This document shows positions 9,359-19,844 of a DNA stretch of 63,047 nt, in pieces (position 1 is the stretch's first letter; each line of letters starts with the position of its first letter). The stretch spans positions 1-63,047 of IMG/VR virus record IMGVR_UViG_3300033997_000050. The stretch is one strand, 5' to 3'. The notes beneath the pieces are model-generated. The model was not told the origin of the DNA and ran no database searches. It saw nothing but the letters and a program-made list of their open reading frames with translations. The DNA is from a virus (Duplodnaviria > Caudoviricetes). Both the position numbers and the translations under genes were made by a program.

Positions 9359-11411
9359 CTCGGTAGAACAGATCGCGCTGGCGTGCGCGGAAATGCTGCG
9401 CCCACCGGAACGCACCACGGTCGCCGAAGCGGCGAGCAAGTACCGCGTGGTCAACAGCCCTGGCGCATACGTGGGGCCGTGGTACAACAGGACGACGCCG
9501 TACATGGTCGAACCGATGAACGTGTTCGCGTCGACCGACTACACCGCTATGATCTTTGTCGGCCCGGCGCAGTCGGCGAAGACGGACGGCCTGGTCATCA
9601 ACACGACGCTCTATTCCATCAAGATCGACCCGATGGACATGATGATCGTCTGCCCCACCAACACGGCGGCGCGCGACTTCTCCATGCGCCGCATCGACCG
9701 CCTGAACCGCTACTCGCCCGAGGTGGGCAAGATGCTGCTGCCCGGCGCAGACAACGACAACAAATTCGACAAGCTGTACAACACCGGCATGATGCTGTCG
9801 CTGTCGTGGCCCACGCCGACCGAACTGGCAGGTAAGCCAATCGGCCGCGTGGTGCTGACCGACCGCGACCGCATGCCGGACGACGTAGACGGCGACGGTG
9901 AGCCTTTCGACTTGGCGTACAAGCGGACCACCACGTTCGGCTCAAACGCGATGTGCGTGGCCGAGTCCTCGCCGTCGCGCGAAGTGAAGGATATGAAATG
10001 GGTTGCGAGTACACCGCACGAAGCGCCGCCATGCGACGGTATCATCGGCCTTTACAACCGTGGCGACCGGCGCCGCTGGTACTGGCCCTGCCCGCATTGC
10101 GATCACTACTTCGAGGGTAGGTTTGAAATGCTGAAGTACGAGCGCAAGCCGGGCATGTCGAACCTCGACGTGGCCGAGACCGTCCGGATGGAATGCCCGA
10201 AGTGCGCCGAGCCGATCCATCCGGACGAGCGCTACGAAATGAACCTGTGGGGAACCTGGGTCAAGGATGGCGAGGCCATTGACGCGCGCGGCAAAAAGTT
10301 CGGCGTCGGCAAGAATACGGTGATCGCATCGTTCTGGCTACGCGGCGTTGCCGCCGCATTCGTATCGTGGCGGAAGCTGGTCAATATGTACCTGGATGCG
10401 GTCGACGAGTTCGAGCGCACGAAGACCGAAGAGTCGCTGAAGAAGTTCTACAACAACGACCTGGGTGAGCCATACTACAGCCGCGCGCGCCAGGAGATCC
10501 GCCTGCCGGAAGACCTCAAGGCTGCGTCCGAGGTCGGCCTGGGCAAGCACGTCGTGCCGGAAGGCGTGCGCTTCCTGGTCGCCACCGTCGACGTGCAGAC
10601 TCGCTCGTTCGCGGTCCAGATCACGGGCATCATGCCGGGCGCGCCGTTCGACATGGTGTTGATCGACCGCTTCGACATCGAGAAGTCCAAGCGCCTCGAC
10701 GAAGACGGCGACCCGTTGCCGCTGAAGCCGGCGACCTACGCCGAGGACTGGGATTTGCTGATCGAGAAGGTGATGGACCGCGAGTATCCGCTGGACGATG
10801 GCTCGGGTCGCCTCATGTCGATCAAACTGGTCGGCTGTGATTCGGCAGGTGAGGCCGGCGCCACGACCCAGGCATACAACTTCTGGCGCAAGCTGGTGAA
10901 GATGAACCGCCACCACCGCTTCGTGCTGACGAAGGGCGAGGGTAAGCCGGGCCAGCCGCGCACCAATGTGCAGTACCCGGACAGCAATCGGAAGGACTCG
11001 AAGGCCGGCGCGCGCGGCGACATTCCGGTCCTGTTCTTCAACCCGACAATCTTGAAGGACGACCTCGACGCGCGCCTGGACTGCATGGAGCCGGGCAAGG
11101 GTATGTTCCGCACACCCGAGTGGTTGCCGATGCAGGTGTACGTCGAACTGTGCGCCGAGACGCGCACGCCGAAAGGCTGGGAGCACAACGGCAGCGTGCG
11201 CAACGAGACCTGGGACTTGTCCTACTACGCTATCGGCTTGTGCGTGTCCCGCTACTGCCGCATCGAGACCCTGGACTGGGCGAACCCGCCTTCGTGGGCG
11301 GCGGACTGGAATAGCAACGATTTTATCCGCACGCCCGAGCAGGAGAAGCCCTACGTGAATACTGTAAAATCTGCGATGAATTTTGCCGACATGGCCGCAG
11401 CCATGGCCTAA
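9348..11411 (+). CDS. terL: Terminase large subunit, lambda gpA family
   Basis: TPYMVEPM, GPAQSAKT, RTTTF, ESSP, GDRRRWYWPCPHC, NNDLGEPY, ATVDVQ, RNETWDL. Confidence 0.93.
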   Translation: MNFNSVEQIALACAEMLRPPERTTVAEAASKYRVVNSPGAYVGPWYNRTTPYMVEPMNVFASTDYTAMIFVGPAQSAKTDGLVINTTLYSIKIDPMDMMIVCPTNTAARDFSMRRIDRLNRYSPEVGKMLLPGADNDNKFDKLYNTGMMLSLSWPTPTELAGKPIGRVVLTDRDRMPDDVDGDGEPFDLAYKRTTTFGSNAMCVAESSPSREVKDMKWVASTPHEAPPCDGIIGLYNRGDRRRWYWPCPHCDHYFEGRFEMLKYERKPGMSNLDVAETVRMECPKCAEPIHPDERYEMNLWGTWVKDGEAIDARGKKFGVGKNTVIASFWLRGVAAAFVSWRKLVNMYLDAVDEFERTKTEESLKKFYNNDLGEPYYSRARQEIRLPEDLKAASEVGLGKHVVPEGVRFLVATVDVQTRSFAVQITGIMPGAPFDMVLIDRFDIEKSKRLDEDGDPLPLKPATYAEDWDLLIEKVMDREYPLDDGSGRLMSIKLVGCDSAGEAGATTQAYNFWRKLVKMNRHHRFVLTKGEGKPGQPRTNVQYPDSNRKDSKAGARGDIPVLFFNPTILKDDLDARLDCMEPGKGMFRTPEWLPMQVYVELCAETRTPKGWEHNGSVRNETWDLSYYAIGLCVSRYCRIETLDWANPPSWAADWNSNDFIRTPEQEKPYVNTVKSAMNFADMAAAMA

Positions 11412-11427
11412 CAACGAGGAACCCGAA

Positions 11428-11688
11428 ATGATCTCCTGCATCCCACTCACACCCGAGGCTCGCGCGCTGCTCGAAAAGCAGTTGGCCGAAGCGCAAGCCC
11501 AGTATCACACGCTCATGCTCGGCACGGCGGCGCGCGTCATCGTCGACCAGAACGGCGAGCGCGTGGAATTCACCGCCGCGAACAAAGGCAACCTGGCGAA
11601 CTACATTCTGTCGCTGAAGGCCCAACTCGGCATGTTCACCCCAGCCTGCGGTGGCCTGCCGCTCGGCCCGGCCGGCTTCGTGTTCTGA
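11428..11688 (+). CDS. Head-to-tail joining protein, gpW-like
   Basis: LAEAQAQYHTLMLG...NGERVEFTAANKGNLANYI; lies between TerL and portal. Confidence 0.8.
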   Translation: MISCIPLTPEARALLEKQLAEAQAQYHTLMLGTAARVIVDQNGERVEFTAANKGNLANYILSLKAQLGMFTPACGGLPLGPAGFVF

Positions 11689-11690
11689 CC

Positions 11691-13385
11691 ATGGCCGGCC
11701 CGCGCAAAGGCAAGTCAGTCGCCGCAAGCACTGACGTGATCGACATGGCATCGCAGAAGGTCATCGTGTCGCAGTCCGGCGAGTCTGCGATGGGCGGTGG
11801 CTTGGAAGGCGCTGAACGCACGTCCCGCGAAACGATGTTGTGGACGCCGCCGATTGTCTCGCCCGACATGCAGATCAACTCGGTCAAGGAAATGGCCGAC
11901 GCGCGCTCGCGCGATTCGGTGCAGAACGACGGTCTGATGATGGGTGCGCTGCACACGCACCGCGATAGCATTGTCGGCGCGAACTACCGCCTGATCTGCA
12001 CGCCGAACTTCGGCGTTCTCGGCCCGCGCTTTACCGAGGAATGGGCAGACGAATGGGCGAACCACATCGAGAACCGCTTCAACCTGCTCGCCGATTCAAC
12101 CGAGCACCACTTCGACGCCAGCGGCGACATGACCCTGACGGAAATGGTGCGCCTGGCAATCGGCGGCAAGCTGATGACCGGCGAGGTGCTGGCGACCGCC
12201 GAGTGGTTGAACACGATGCGCGACCGCCCGTTCAACACCGCGATTCAAATGGTCTCGCCGACCCGCCTGTCGAACCCTGACGGCGGCATGGACACGACCA
12301 CGATGCGACGCGGTGTGGAACTCGACACGCACGGTCGATCCGTCGCGTACCACATTCGCAGCGGCCATCCCGGTGACTTCTACATGGGTCAGGCGTGGCC
12401 GCTGTGGAAGCGCATCGCGGCGCGCAAGCCGTGGGGCAGGCGCCAGGTTATCCACATCGCCGAACGTCTGCAACCGGACCAGACGCGCGGGATCTCCGAC
12501 ATGGTGTCGGTGCTCAAGGAAATGCGGATGACGAAGAAGTTCAAAGAGATCACGCTGCAAAGCGCGGTCGTGAACGCGACGTATGCCGCAGCCATCGAGT
12601 CCGAACTGCCGACCGAGGCGATCTTTCAATCCATGGGTGCAGGTGGCCCAGGCTTCGGCACGATGCTCACCGAGTACATGACCGCGCTGAACCAGTACGT
12701 CGGCGCCTCGAAGAACATCGCCATCGACGGCGTGAAGATGCCGCACTTGTTCCCTGGAACGAAGCTGTCGCTGAAGCCGGCCGGCACGCCAGGCGGCGTC
12801 GGCACCGCGTTCGAGGAATCGCTGCTGCGCAATATCTCGGCACCGCTGGGCCTGAACTACGAACAGTTCAGCAAGGACTACACCAAGACCAACTACTCCA
12901 GCGCCCGCGCCAGCATGGCCGAGACCTGGAAGTTCATGCAGTCGCGGAAGAAGATCGTGGCCGATAAGTTCGCGACGATGTGCTACGTGCTGTGGCTGGA
13001 AGAGGAAATCGGATACTATGCCGACCCGATGCCGCTGCCGGCCGGCGTCACTCGCCGCGAGTTCCAGCAGATGTTCTACAACCCGGTGATGCGCGAGGCG
13101 ATCTGCTCGTGCCAGTGGATCGGCGCATCGCGCGGCCAGATCGACGAGGTGAAGGAAACACAAGCGGCTATCATGCGGATCAACTCGGGCCTGTCGACCC
13201 GCCAGGCGGAAACCGCGCGCCTCGGCGACGACTACCGCGTGGTACTGCGACAGCAGGCTCGCGAGAAGAAACTGATGGCCGAGTTGGGCCTGGACTTCAG
13301 CACGCAGGCCACCAAGCCCGGCGCCAACGACCGGCAGCAGACCATGAACGAAAACGACGAACAGAAGGAGAAAGACGATGAGTGA
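11691..13385 (+). CDS. Portal protein, lambda family
   Basis: ARSRDSVQND, QTRGIS, DYTKTNYSSARAS, IDEVKE...GLST. Confidence 0.92.
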   Translation: MAGPRKGKSVAASTDVIDMASQKVIVSQSGESAMGGGLEGAERTSRETMLWTPPIVSPDMQINSVKEMADARSRDSVQNDGLMMGALHTHRDSIVGANYRLICTPNFGVLGPRFTEEWADEWANHIENRFNLLADSTEHHFDASGDMTLTEMVRLAIGGKLMTGEVLATAEWLNTMRDRPFNTAIQMVSPTRLSNPDGGMDTTTMRRGVELDTHGRSVAYHIRSGHPGDFYMGQAWPLWKRIAARKPWGRRQVIHIAERLQPDQTRGISDMVSVLKEMRMTKKFKEITLQSAVVNATYAAAIESELPTEAIFQSMGAGGPGFGTMLTEYMTALNQYVGASKNIAIDGVKMPHLFPGTKLSLKPAGTPGGVGTAFEESLLRNISAPLGLNYEQFSKDYTKTNYSSARASMAETWKFMQSRKKIVADKFATMCYVLWLEEEIGYYADPMPLPAGVTRREFQQMFYNPVMREAICSCQWIGASRGQIDEVKETQAAIMRINSGLSTRQAETARLGDDYRVVLRQQAREKKLMAELGLDFSTQATKPGANDRQQTMNENDEQKEKDDE

Positions 13386-14778
13386 ACACGTAATGCGCCA
13401 GGCGCTTTCGCGCATGAACCTGTCGGAGCAATTCATCGCTCCGCACTACAACGGATTCGCATCGGACATGATGATGATGGCCGCGACCGATCCGACTGTG
13501 GCGCGCGAGCGCTTCATGAACGAGACGCGGCATGAACTGTGCGAGGCATACGGGTTCCCGCGCCGCGAGCAGAACAAGCCATTCGCGTTCGCCAACGGTA
13601 TCGCCATTATCCCGGTCCACGGTACGCTGCTGAATCGCTTCGGCGGCGCCTATTCGTCCGTCACCGGCTACAACTTCATCCGCGCCCAGCACAACGCCGC
13701 GCTGATGGACGACGACGTGAAGATGATCGTCCACGATCACAACTCCTACGGCGGCGAAGCGGCCGGCTGCTTTGAACTGGCCGCAGAGATTCGCGAGTCC
13801 CGCAAAGTCAAACCGACTTACGCGGTCGTCGACTCGAATTGCTACTCCGCGTCGTTCGCGTTGGCGTCGGCCGCGACGAAGGTGATCGTGATCCCGAGCG
13901 CCGGTATCGGCTCGGTCGGCGTGGTCGCAATGCACGTCGATATGTCCGGTTTCCTCGATAAAATGGGGATCAAGGTCACGTTCATCCACTCGGGCGAACA
14001 CAAGGTGGACGGCAATCCATACGAGAAGCTGGACCCTGCCGTGAAGAAGTCGATCCAGGTTGGCGTGGATAAATCGCGTCAGAAGTTCGTGGATCTTGTA
14101 GCAACGAACCTCGGTCTGGACAGCAAGATCGTCTATGATACCGAGGCGCGCACGTACCGAGCCGAGGAAGCAAAGGAACTCGGCCTGGTGCATGCAATTG
14201 CAGTACCATCCGCCGTGCTGCAAACAATTACGGATGACGAGTCGGCCGATGCCGATAAGTCGGACACTCAACTCTCGACGCAAAAGGAAGAAAATATGAG
14301 CACCGCAGATCAAGCCGCAGCAGCGGCAGCAGCACCAGCAGCCGGCGCCGCACCAGCAGCGGCACCAGCACCAGCAGCGGCAGCGGCTCCAGCACAAGCA
14401 CCAGCGGCCGGCGCAGCGGCTCCAGCCACGGTCGACCAGGCTGCGGTCCAGAAGGCCGAGCGCGAACGCATCGCCGGCATCACCGGCTGCGAAGAAGCCG
14501 CAGGCCGTACCGCGCTGGCGAACCACTTGGCCTTCAGCACGAATATGTCCGTCGCCGACGCGAAGGTACTGCTCGCGACCTCGGGCAAGGACGCCGCACC
14601 AGTGGCCGAGAAGAACCCACTGGACGTCGCCATGGCCGCATCCGGTGGTGGCGCGAATGTCGGCTCCGACAGCGCAGCAGCGGCGGCAGCAGGCGGCGAA
14701 GCACCGAAACACCTGGCGATCCTGAACGACTACCAGCAGGCCACCGGCCGCAAGGTCGATCAGAAGGCCGAGAAGTAA
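13378..14778 (+). CDS. S49 prohead protease with C-terminal scaffold (gpC/Nu3-like)
   Basis: GIAIIPVHGTL, NSYGGE, YSASFALAS, GSVGVV, GEHKVDGNPY; Ala-rich C-terminus with ERERIAGI. Confidence 0.9.
   Translation: MSEHVMRQALSRMNLSEQFIAPHYNGFASDMMMMAATDPTVARERFMNETRHELCEAYGFPRREQNKPFAFANGIAIIPVHGTLLNRFGGAYSSVTGYNFIRAQHNAALMDDDVKMIVHDHNSYGGEAAGCFELAAEIRESRKVKPTYAVVDSNCYSASFALASAATKVIVIPSAGIGSVGVVAMHVDMSGFLDKMGIKVTFIHSGEHKVDGNPYEKLDPAVKKSIQVGVDKSRQKFVDLVATNLGLDSKIVYDTEARTYRAEEAKELGLVHAIAVPSAVLQTITDDESADADKSDTQLSTQKEENMSTADQAAAAAAAPAAGAAPAAAPAPAAAAAPAQAPAAGAAAPATVDQAAVQKAERERIAGITGCEEAAGRTALANHLAFSTNMSVADAKVLLATSGKDAAPVAEKNPLDVAMAASGGGANVGSDSAAAAAAGGEAPKHLAILNDYQQATGRKVDQKAEK
14296..14778 (+). CDS. 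Probable internally initiated scaffolding protein
   Basis: In-frame ATG at 14296 preceded by aaggaagaaaat; analogous to lambda Nu3. Confidence 0.6.
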   Translation: MSTADQAAAAAAAPAAGAAPAAAPAPAAAAAPAQAPAAGAAAPATVDQAAVQKAERERIAGITGCEEAAGRTALANHLAFSTNMSVADAKVLLATSGKDAAPVAEKNPLDVAMAASGGGANVGSDSAAAAAAGGEAPKHLAILNDYQQATGRKVDQKAEK

Positions 14779-14841
14779 TTCGTCGACCGGAACGAAGCGA
14801 AGCAACCCAACCCATTAACGCCATACCTTTAGGAGAAAAAC

Positions 14842-15249
14842 ATGGCTGAAATCGAACAACGCCCGCTCGATCCGCGCTCGGATCTGGCCGGTGCTGAAGT
14901 CCTCGCCGCACGCGGCGGTCCCTTCCAACTGTGGATCGGCGGCGCACAAGTCGTCACCGATGCCGCCATCGCTGCCGTCGACTTCCAGAAGTACGAGATC
15001 GCCGCGCTGGACACCGCCGTTGGCGCCACCCTCGGCCAACTGGTGCGCTTCGTGCCAGGCACCCACGAAGCCAAGCAAGCCGTGGTCGTGGCGCAGCCTG
15101 TCACCGCTGGCATGTCGACGCCGTATTTCGCAGAAGGCCGCTTCAACCACGAAGCGCTGATCTGGCCGGCCGGCACCGCACTCGACACCTACGCCGAGCG
15201 CAAAGCCTTCTTCACCGGCACGATCCTCAAGGTCGGCCACCTGATCTGA
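14842..15249 (+). CDS. Head decoration protein (gpD-like)
   Basis: YFAEGRFNHEALIWPAG motif; lies between protease and capsid; strong SD aggag. Confidence 0.8.
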   Translation: MAEIEQRPLDPRSDLAGAEVLAARGGPFQLWIGGAQVVTDAAIAAVDFQKYEIAALDTAVGATLGQLVRFVPGTHEAKQAVVVAQPVTAGMSTPYFAEGRFNHEALIWPAGTALDTYAERKAFFTGTILKVGHLI

Positions 15250-15292
15250 TTCGCAGATCGTTCACAAACCTAAGATAGAAAGCACATACAAC

Positions 15293-16363
15293 ATGGACCT
15301 CTACGATCTCTTTACGCTGCAAGCGGTGCAGCGCCAGATCAAAACCTCGCCGCGCTTCTGGCTGGAGAACTTCTACAAGAGCCAGATCAACTTCGACGGT
15401 CGCAAGATCCTGTTCGAGCGCGTGTACGGTGAAGACCGCAAGCTGGCACCATTCGTCGTGCCGAACGTCGCCGGCCGTCCGCAGCGCCTCGACGGCTTCC
15501 AGATGGACACCTTCACCCCGGCCTACTCGAAGCAGAAAGACATCGTGGACTACACGATGCACATCACTCGCCAGGCCGGCGAAGCCATCGGCGGTTCGCT
15601 GACCATCGAGCAGCGCCGCAATGCCGTGATCGCTGAACTGATCCGTCGCCAGAACGTCAAGATCGAGAACACCTGGAACTGGCTGGCCGCTCGCGCGACC
15701 ATCGACGGCAAGGTGGTCATCAAGGGTGAAGACTACCCTGAAACCCTGGTCGACTTCCGCCGTAACGCGGAACTGACCCGCATCCTGACCGGCGCCGCAA
15801 AGTGGGACGAACCGACCGGCAACCCGCTGCAAGATCTGCGCGAAATGCGCCAGGCTGCAAACCAGTTCTCGTTCGGCGCCCGCATCAGCAAATACTACTT
15901 CGGCACGAACGCCTGGGAACTGTTCTGCCAGCGCGTCGACCTGAAGGAAATGATGCGCCTGGAGTACGCTGGTCGCGGCCAGAACACCAGCGTCACGCTG
16001 ATCTCGGACGGCTACGACGATACCATCGAATACATGGGTTCCATCGCCGGCCTGAACGGCCAAGGCCGCATGGAGTTCTATGTCGATTCGTCGAAGTACA
16101 TCGACCCGGAAACCGGCGAGGAAGCGTACCACCTGGGCGAGAACGACGTGGTGGGCGTGTCCGACATGATGGACGGCGTTCGCTGCTTCGGCGGCATCAT
16201 GGATGCTGAAGCCGGCTACCGCGCGCTGGATCGCTTCTTCAAGAACTGGCGCGAGCAAGATCCGTCGCAGGAATACCTGCTGACGCAATCGGCTCCGCTG
16301 ATGGTCCCGCGCGAGACCAACGCGACCTTCAAGATCACGGTCGCACAGCCAGTCACCCCGTAA
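15293..16363 (+). CDS. Major capsid protein, lambda E family
   Basis: KLAPFVVP, FTPAYSKQK, VDFRR, EYLLTQSAPLMVP. Confidence 0.92.
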   Translation: MDLYDLFTLQAVQRQIKTSPRFWLENFYKSQINFDGRKILFERVYGEDRKLAPFVVPNVAGRPQRLDGFQMDTFTPAYSKQKDIVDYTMHITRQAGEAIGGSLTIEQRRNAVIAELIRRQNVKIENTWNWLAARATIDGKVVIKGEDYPETLVDFRRNAELTRILTGAAKWDEPTGNPLQDLREMRQAANQFSFGARISKYYFGTNAWELFCQRVDLKEMMRLEYAGRGQNTSVTLISDGYDDTIEYMGSIAGLNGQGRMEFYVDSSKYIDPETGEEAYHLGENDVVGVSDMMDGVRCFGGIMDAEAGYRALDRFFKNWREQDPSQEYLLTQSAPLMVPRETNATFKITVAQPVTP

Positions 16364-16371
16364 CACCAACC

Positions 16372-16393
16372 GGCCGGGGAAACCCGGCCTTTC
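16372..16393 (+). terminator. Intrinsic terminator after the capsid gene
   Basis: ggccggg-gaaa-cccggcc followed by ttt. Confidence 0.6.
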
Positions 16394-16422
16394 ACCACCC
16401 CTTTCATTTTCGGAGAAGTATC

Positions 16423-16767
16423 ATGCCAAAACGCATTCCCACCATGTCCATCGTCATGCACCTGGACGGCAAGCGCACCGTCTTGAAGCCAAATAAAACC
16501 TACGAACTCACCGCCGCGCAGATCAAGGAAATCGAAGAGACTGGCGGTAAAGGCGCGCTGCGCAAGACCGTCAACGAGGAATCCAACGTGACCGACGTGT
16601 CGGCCGCGACCGGTGGTGTCGTGAACGCCGCTGACAGCGCGACCAACCTGGACGCATCGGTTCCAGCACCGAAGGGTGCAGCGACCTCGCCAACCACCGG
16701 CAAGGGTAATCCGAAGCCAGCGCCGGCTAAGGGCGACACCAAGGCTGGCTCGGACGACGACCTGTAA
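16423..16767 (+). CDS. Hypothetical protein in the lambda FI position
   Basis: SD ggag; lies after the capsid gene; low-complexity tail ending GSDDDL. Confidence 0.65.
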   Translation: MPKRIPTMSIVMHLDGKRTVLKPNKTYELTAAQIKEIEETGGKGALRKTVNEESNVTDVSAATGGVVNAADSATNLDASVPAPKGAATSPTTGKGNPKPAPAKGDTKAGSDDDL

Positions 16768-16769
16768 TC

Positions 16770-17147
16770 ATGGTCTTCAACTTCGCAGCGGCTAAGGCCA
16801 CCGTCCATCGCACTGTTCACGATACGTTCGGGTTAGACGCCCTGTATCTCGGCTACAGCGATGACGTTGAACCTGTGCCGCTGCGGGTTCGTTGGCATAA
16901 TCAAATTGCGAACAGCGGGGATCTGAACGGCGAATACGCACTCAGTATCGACACCATCGACAAGCTGATTTTCGATGCTGCCGAACTGGTCGCAAAAGGC
17001 ATCAAGATCCGTCGCGGTGATCGCATCCAGCTAACCGCCGCATATTTCGGCGGCGTCGTCCTTGAGGCCAACACCCGCGATCCCAAGTCCGAAGCCGCGC
17101 GAGAAATCTGGCACGTCGGACGAGCACATGGCCCTGTCACTACTTGA
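16770..17147 (+). CDS. Head-tail joining protein (FII-like)
   Basis: Size and synteny; VHDTFGLDALY...VRWH. Confidence 0.6.
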   Translation: MVFNFAAAKATVHRTVHDTFGLDALYLGYSDDVEPVPLRVRWHNQIANSGDLNGEYALSIDTIDKLIFDAAELVAKGIKIRRGDRIQLTAAYFGGVVLEANTRDPKSEAAREIWHVGRAHGPVTT

Positions 17148-17709
17148 AGCCGCTGACTACATAGCACGGCTCCCTCGCGAGGCTGACAAAGCCGCGCAAC
17201 TCTCGATCAATCAAGTTGCGAGTCGCGGCGCGCTGAAACTGGCGCGCAGCGAAATTCTCGACCAGATCAACTTCCCAAAAGACTATCTGACCGGCGACCG
17301 CCTGCGTGTCACGAAGATGGCGCGGCCTGGCGACCTCGAAGCCGTGATCGGCGCGCGCCAGCGTGCCACCAGCCTCGCACGCTTCGCCGACTCGTCGACG
17401 ACCCTCGGCAGTCGCGCCCGAGTCGGCGTGCGCGTGCGCGTGAAACGAGGCAATTCGACTCTGCTGAAGAAGGCTTGGCTCGTCAACCTGCGAAACGGGA
17501 ATATCGGCCTGGCCGTGCGCCTCAAGCCTGGTCAGTCCATCGACAACAAAACGGGCGCGACGCGCTGGCTCGTGCCGGGCAAGGTGGCCCTGCTGTACGG
17601 CCCATCCGTCGATCAGGTGTTCCGCGACGTGTCCGAGGACATCGCCGGCCCGGTCGGCAGCATGGTCGCCACCGAATTCTTCCGTCAACTTACGAGGTTC
17701 ACACGATGA
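17128..17709 (+). CDS. Neck / tail completion protein (gpZ-like)
   Basis: Basic protein with LLYGPSVDQVF motif; synteny. Confidence 0.7.
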   Translation: MALSLLEAADYIARLPREADKAAQLSINQVASRGALKLARSEILDQINFPKDYLTGDRLRVTKMARPGDLEAVIGARQRATSLARFADSSTTLGSRARVGVRVRVKRGNSTLLKKAWLVNLRNGNIGLAVRLKPGQSIDNKTGATRWLVPGKVALLYGPSVDQVFRDVSEDIAGPVGSMVATEFFRQLTRFTR

Positions 17710-18245
17710 GCAATAAATTCCCTGACCGTCCGGTGCCGAAGCGCCTGGATATCCTGATGCACCTGCAAGCCCTGCTCGAAGGCGTGTCCGAAGAAAACGG
17801 TGACGCATACACACTGGCCGGCAAGGTGTACCGCAACCGCACCCTGATCGGCGCCGACGTGAATGAGAAGCCGGCGCTACCGGCCGTCACCATCCTTGAA
17901 GCGCCGCGAGCCGGCATCAACACGTTCGCCGGAACCGAGCGTGAAGCGCGCAAGGATCAGTGGACGATCCTCGTGCAAGGCATGGTCGAAGACAATCGAC
18001 GAGACGAGAATGGATCGGACGACATCTACTATCTCTGTCAGGACGTTGAGCGTCGATTGCACCGCATGCTGGCAGAGAAACGGGGTAGGCCGCTCTACCC
18101 GGAGCACCACTTGCTCGGTGGTAGAATCACCTCCGTTGAAATCGTCGCGCCTATCATCCGCCCACCCGAGGCTGGCGTTGCGAATAATGCGTTCTTTTAT
18201 ATCGCGATTTACTTCGGTGTCGCGGTAAAAGAGATCGGCGAGTAA
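17706..18245 (+). CDS. Tail terminator protein (gpU-like)
   Basis: GKVYRNR...LPAVTILEAP; directly upstream of the major tail gene. Confidence 0.65.
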   Translation: MSNKFPDRPVPKRLDILMHLQALLEGVSEENGDAYTLAGKVYRNRTLIGADVNEKPALPAVTILEAPRAGINTFAGTEREARKDQWTILVQGMVEDNRRDENGSDDIYYLCQDVERRLHRMLAEKRGRPLYPEHHLLGGRITSVEIVAPIIRPPEAGVANNAFFYIAIYFGVAVKEIGE

Positions 18246-18297
18246 TCGGGACCGCTCGCAACACTTTTTATCACCCTTTCTTTTTGGAGAAAACACC

Positions 18298-19140
18298 ATG
18301 GCAGGCCCAGGCAAAAATTACACCATCGGCAAAGGTCGCTTGTACTTTGCTCTGTTCGCGCCCGGTTCCAAGACCAGCGTGATCGGCGAACGCTATCTCG
18401 GTAACTCGCCCGAACTGACGATCACCCGCGAGCAGGAGACGCTGGACCACATCGACGCCGATGAAGGTCTCAACATCAAGGACGAATCCATCGTCATCAG
18501 CAACTCGCTGGGCGGCAGCTTCTCGACCGATAACATCGACCCGGAAAACCTGGCGATGTGGTTCGGTGGCCCGCTGGCCCGCTCCGCGCTGCTGGCCGCT
18601 GCCGGCGTCGTCGACAAGGACTTCGTGGCGACTCGTGGTCGCAGCTTCCAGATCGGCTCCACTCCCGAACACCCGAGCGGCGCCCGCAAGATCAACAACG
18701 TGAAGGTTGCCATCGTCACGCCTGGCGCCACGCCGCAGGATCCGCCAGTCGTCACCGACCTGCCGGAACTGGAAGGCAACGTCGAGATCGACCTGGAGCG
18801 CGGTCGCCTCTACATCGAGCCGGACGCACCGGACATCGACGACGCCGACGTGCTGCGCGTGACCTACGACCAGGAAGCCACGACCCGCACCGTTGTCATC
18901 GGCCGTGGCGATCAGCTTCGCGGCTCGCTGCGCTTCGAGTCGACCAACCCGGTCGGCACGCGCAACGACTACTTCTGGCCGTATGTCTCGATCACCGCGA
19001 ACGGCGACTACGCACTGAAGGGTGACGAATGGCAGGTGATGTCGTTCAACTTCGAAGTGCTGAAGCTGGACAACACGACCGAGCGCGTCTACATCGACGC
19101 ATACCCGGCCGACGCCACCCCGGCCGTCACCACCCCGTAA
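18298..19140 (+). CDS. Major tail tube protein
   Basis: NYTIGKGRLYF, RYLGNSPEL, NGDYALKGDEWQ; strong SD; synteny. Confidence 0.85.
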   Translation: MAGPGKNYTIGKGRLYFALFAPGSKTSVIGERYLGNSPELTITREQETLDHIDADEGLNIKDESIVISNSLGGSFSTDNIDPENLAMWFGGPLARSALLAAAGVVDKDFVATRGRSFQIGSTPEHPSGARKINNVKVAIVTPGATPQDPPVVTDLPELEGNVEIDLERGRLYIEPDAPDIDDADVLRVTYDQEATTRTVVIGRGDQLRGSLRFESTNPVGTRNDYFWPYVSITANGDYALKGDEWQVMSFNFEVLKLDNTTERVYIDAYPADATPAVTTP

Positions 19141-19155
19141 CAGGAGCGCCCCGAA

Positions 19156-19584
19156 ATGTCACTCGCACATATTCAGATCCCACGCGAAGAAGTGATGTTT
19201 CGGGGCGAGCCGCTGTCTTTTCGCGGCTTGTCCCTGAACGACTTTTCGACCCTCATGCGCGGCCACCTGGCCGACCTCAACAAGCTGTTCGACCTGTACG
19301 ACAACGAAGAGACCCGCGAGACCGCCATTGCGCAGTCGGCGAAGTTCGCGATCACCATCGTGCAGGAGACGCCGGCAATGGTCGCCCAACTGATCGTGCT
19401 CGCATCCGACTCGCCGCAGGAAGAGATCGAGATCGCGCAGCAGTTCCCGCTGCCGCTGCAAGTTGAATGCGTCCGTACCATCATCAACCTCACCTTCGAG
19501 GAAGCGGGCGGCGCAAAAAAGTTCCTCGACAGTCTGATGGCGATGGTAACGAGTCTTCGTCCAAAAGCGGCGAGCGAGGGCTAG
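19156..19584 (+). CDS. Tail assembly chaperone (G)
   Basis: Lies between major tail and tape measure genes; contains slippery site A AAA AAG at 19515-19521. Confidence 0.8.
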   Translation: MSLAHIQIPREEVMFRGEPLSFRGLSLNDFSTLMRGHLADLNKLFDLYDNEETRETAIAQSAKFAITIVQETPAMVAQLIVLASDSPQEEIEIAQQFPLPLQVECVRTIINLTFEEAGGAKKFLDSLMAMVTSLRPKAASEG

Positions 19585-19844
19585 AGCACCTGACGAAAGC
19601 AGAGCGATTCCATAGGTCGCTCCGCTCTCATGCAAGCTTGCTGATCTCCGAAGGTCACACGCATGCGAACATCTACCCGCTGTCGAAACTATGGCTGGAA
19701 GTTGAATTAGCCCGCGAACGAATCAACTCCAAAATAGCAACCGAAGCGTCCTTGATCCATACGGCCATCGTTGCAGTTCTATCGCTCGATGGTAAGGGCG
19801 TAAAGAACTTTAACGATCAAATGCGAAAGCTGACCGATGGCTGA
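19156..19844 (+). CDS. Tail assembly chaperone GT via programmed -1 frameshift
   Basis: GCA AAA AAG; the -1 frame (ORF 19467..19844) stays open up to the tape measure start. Confidence 0.75.

Noticed and set aside
14310-14425. GCA/CCA-rich low-complexity repeat as a regulatory element
   Set aside because: It simply encodes the Ala/Pro linker of the scaffold protein.
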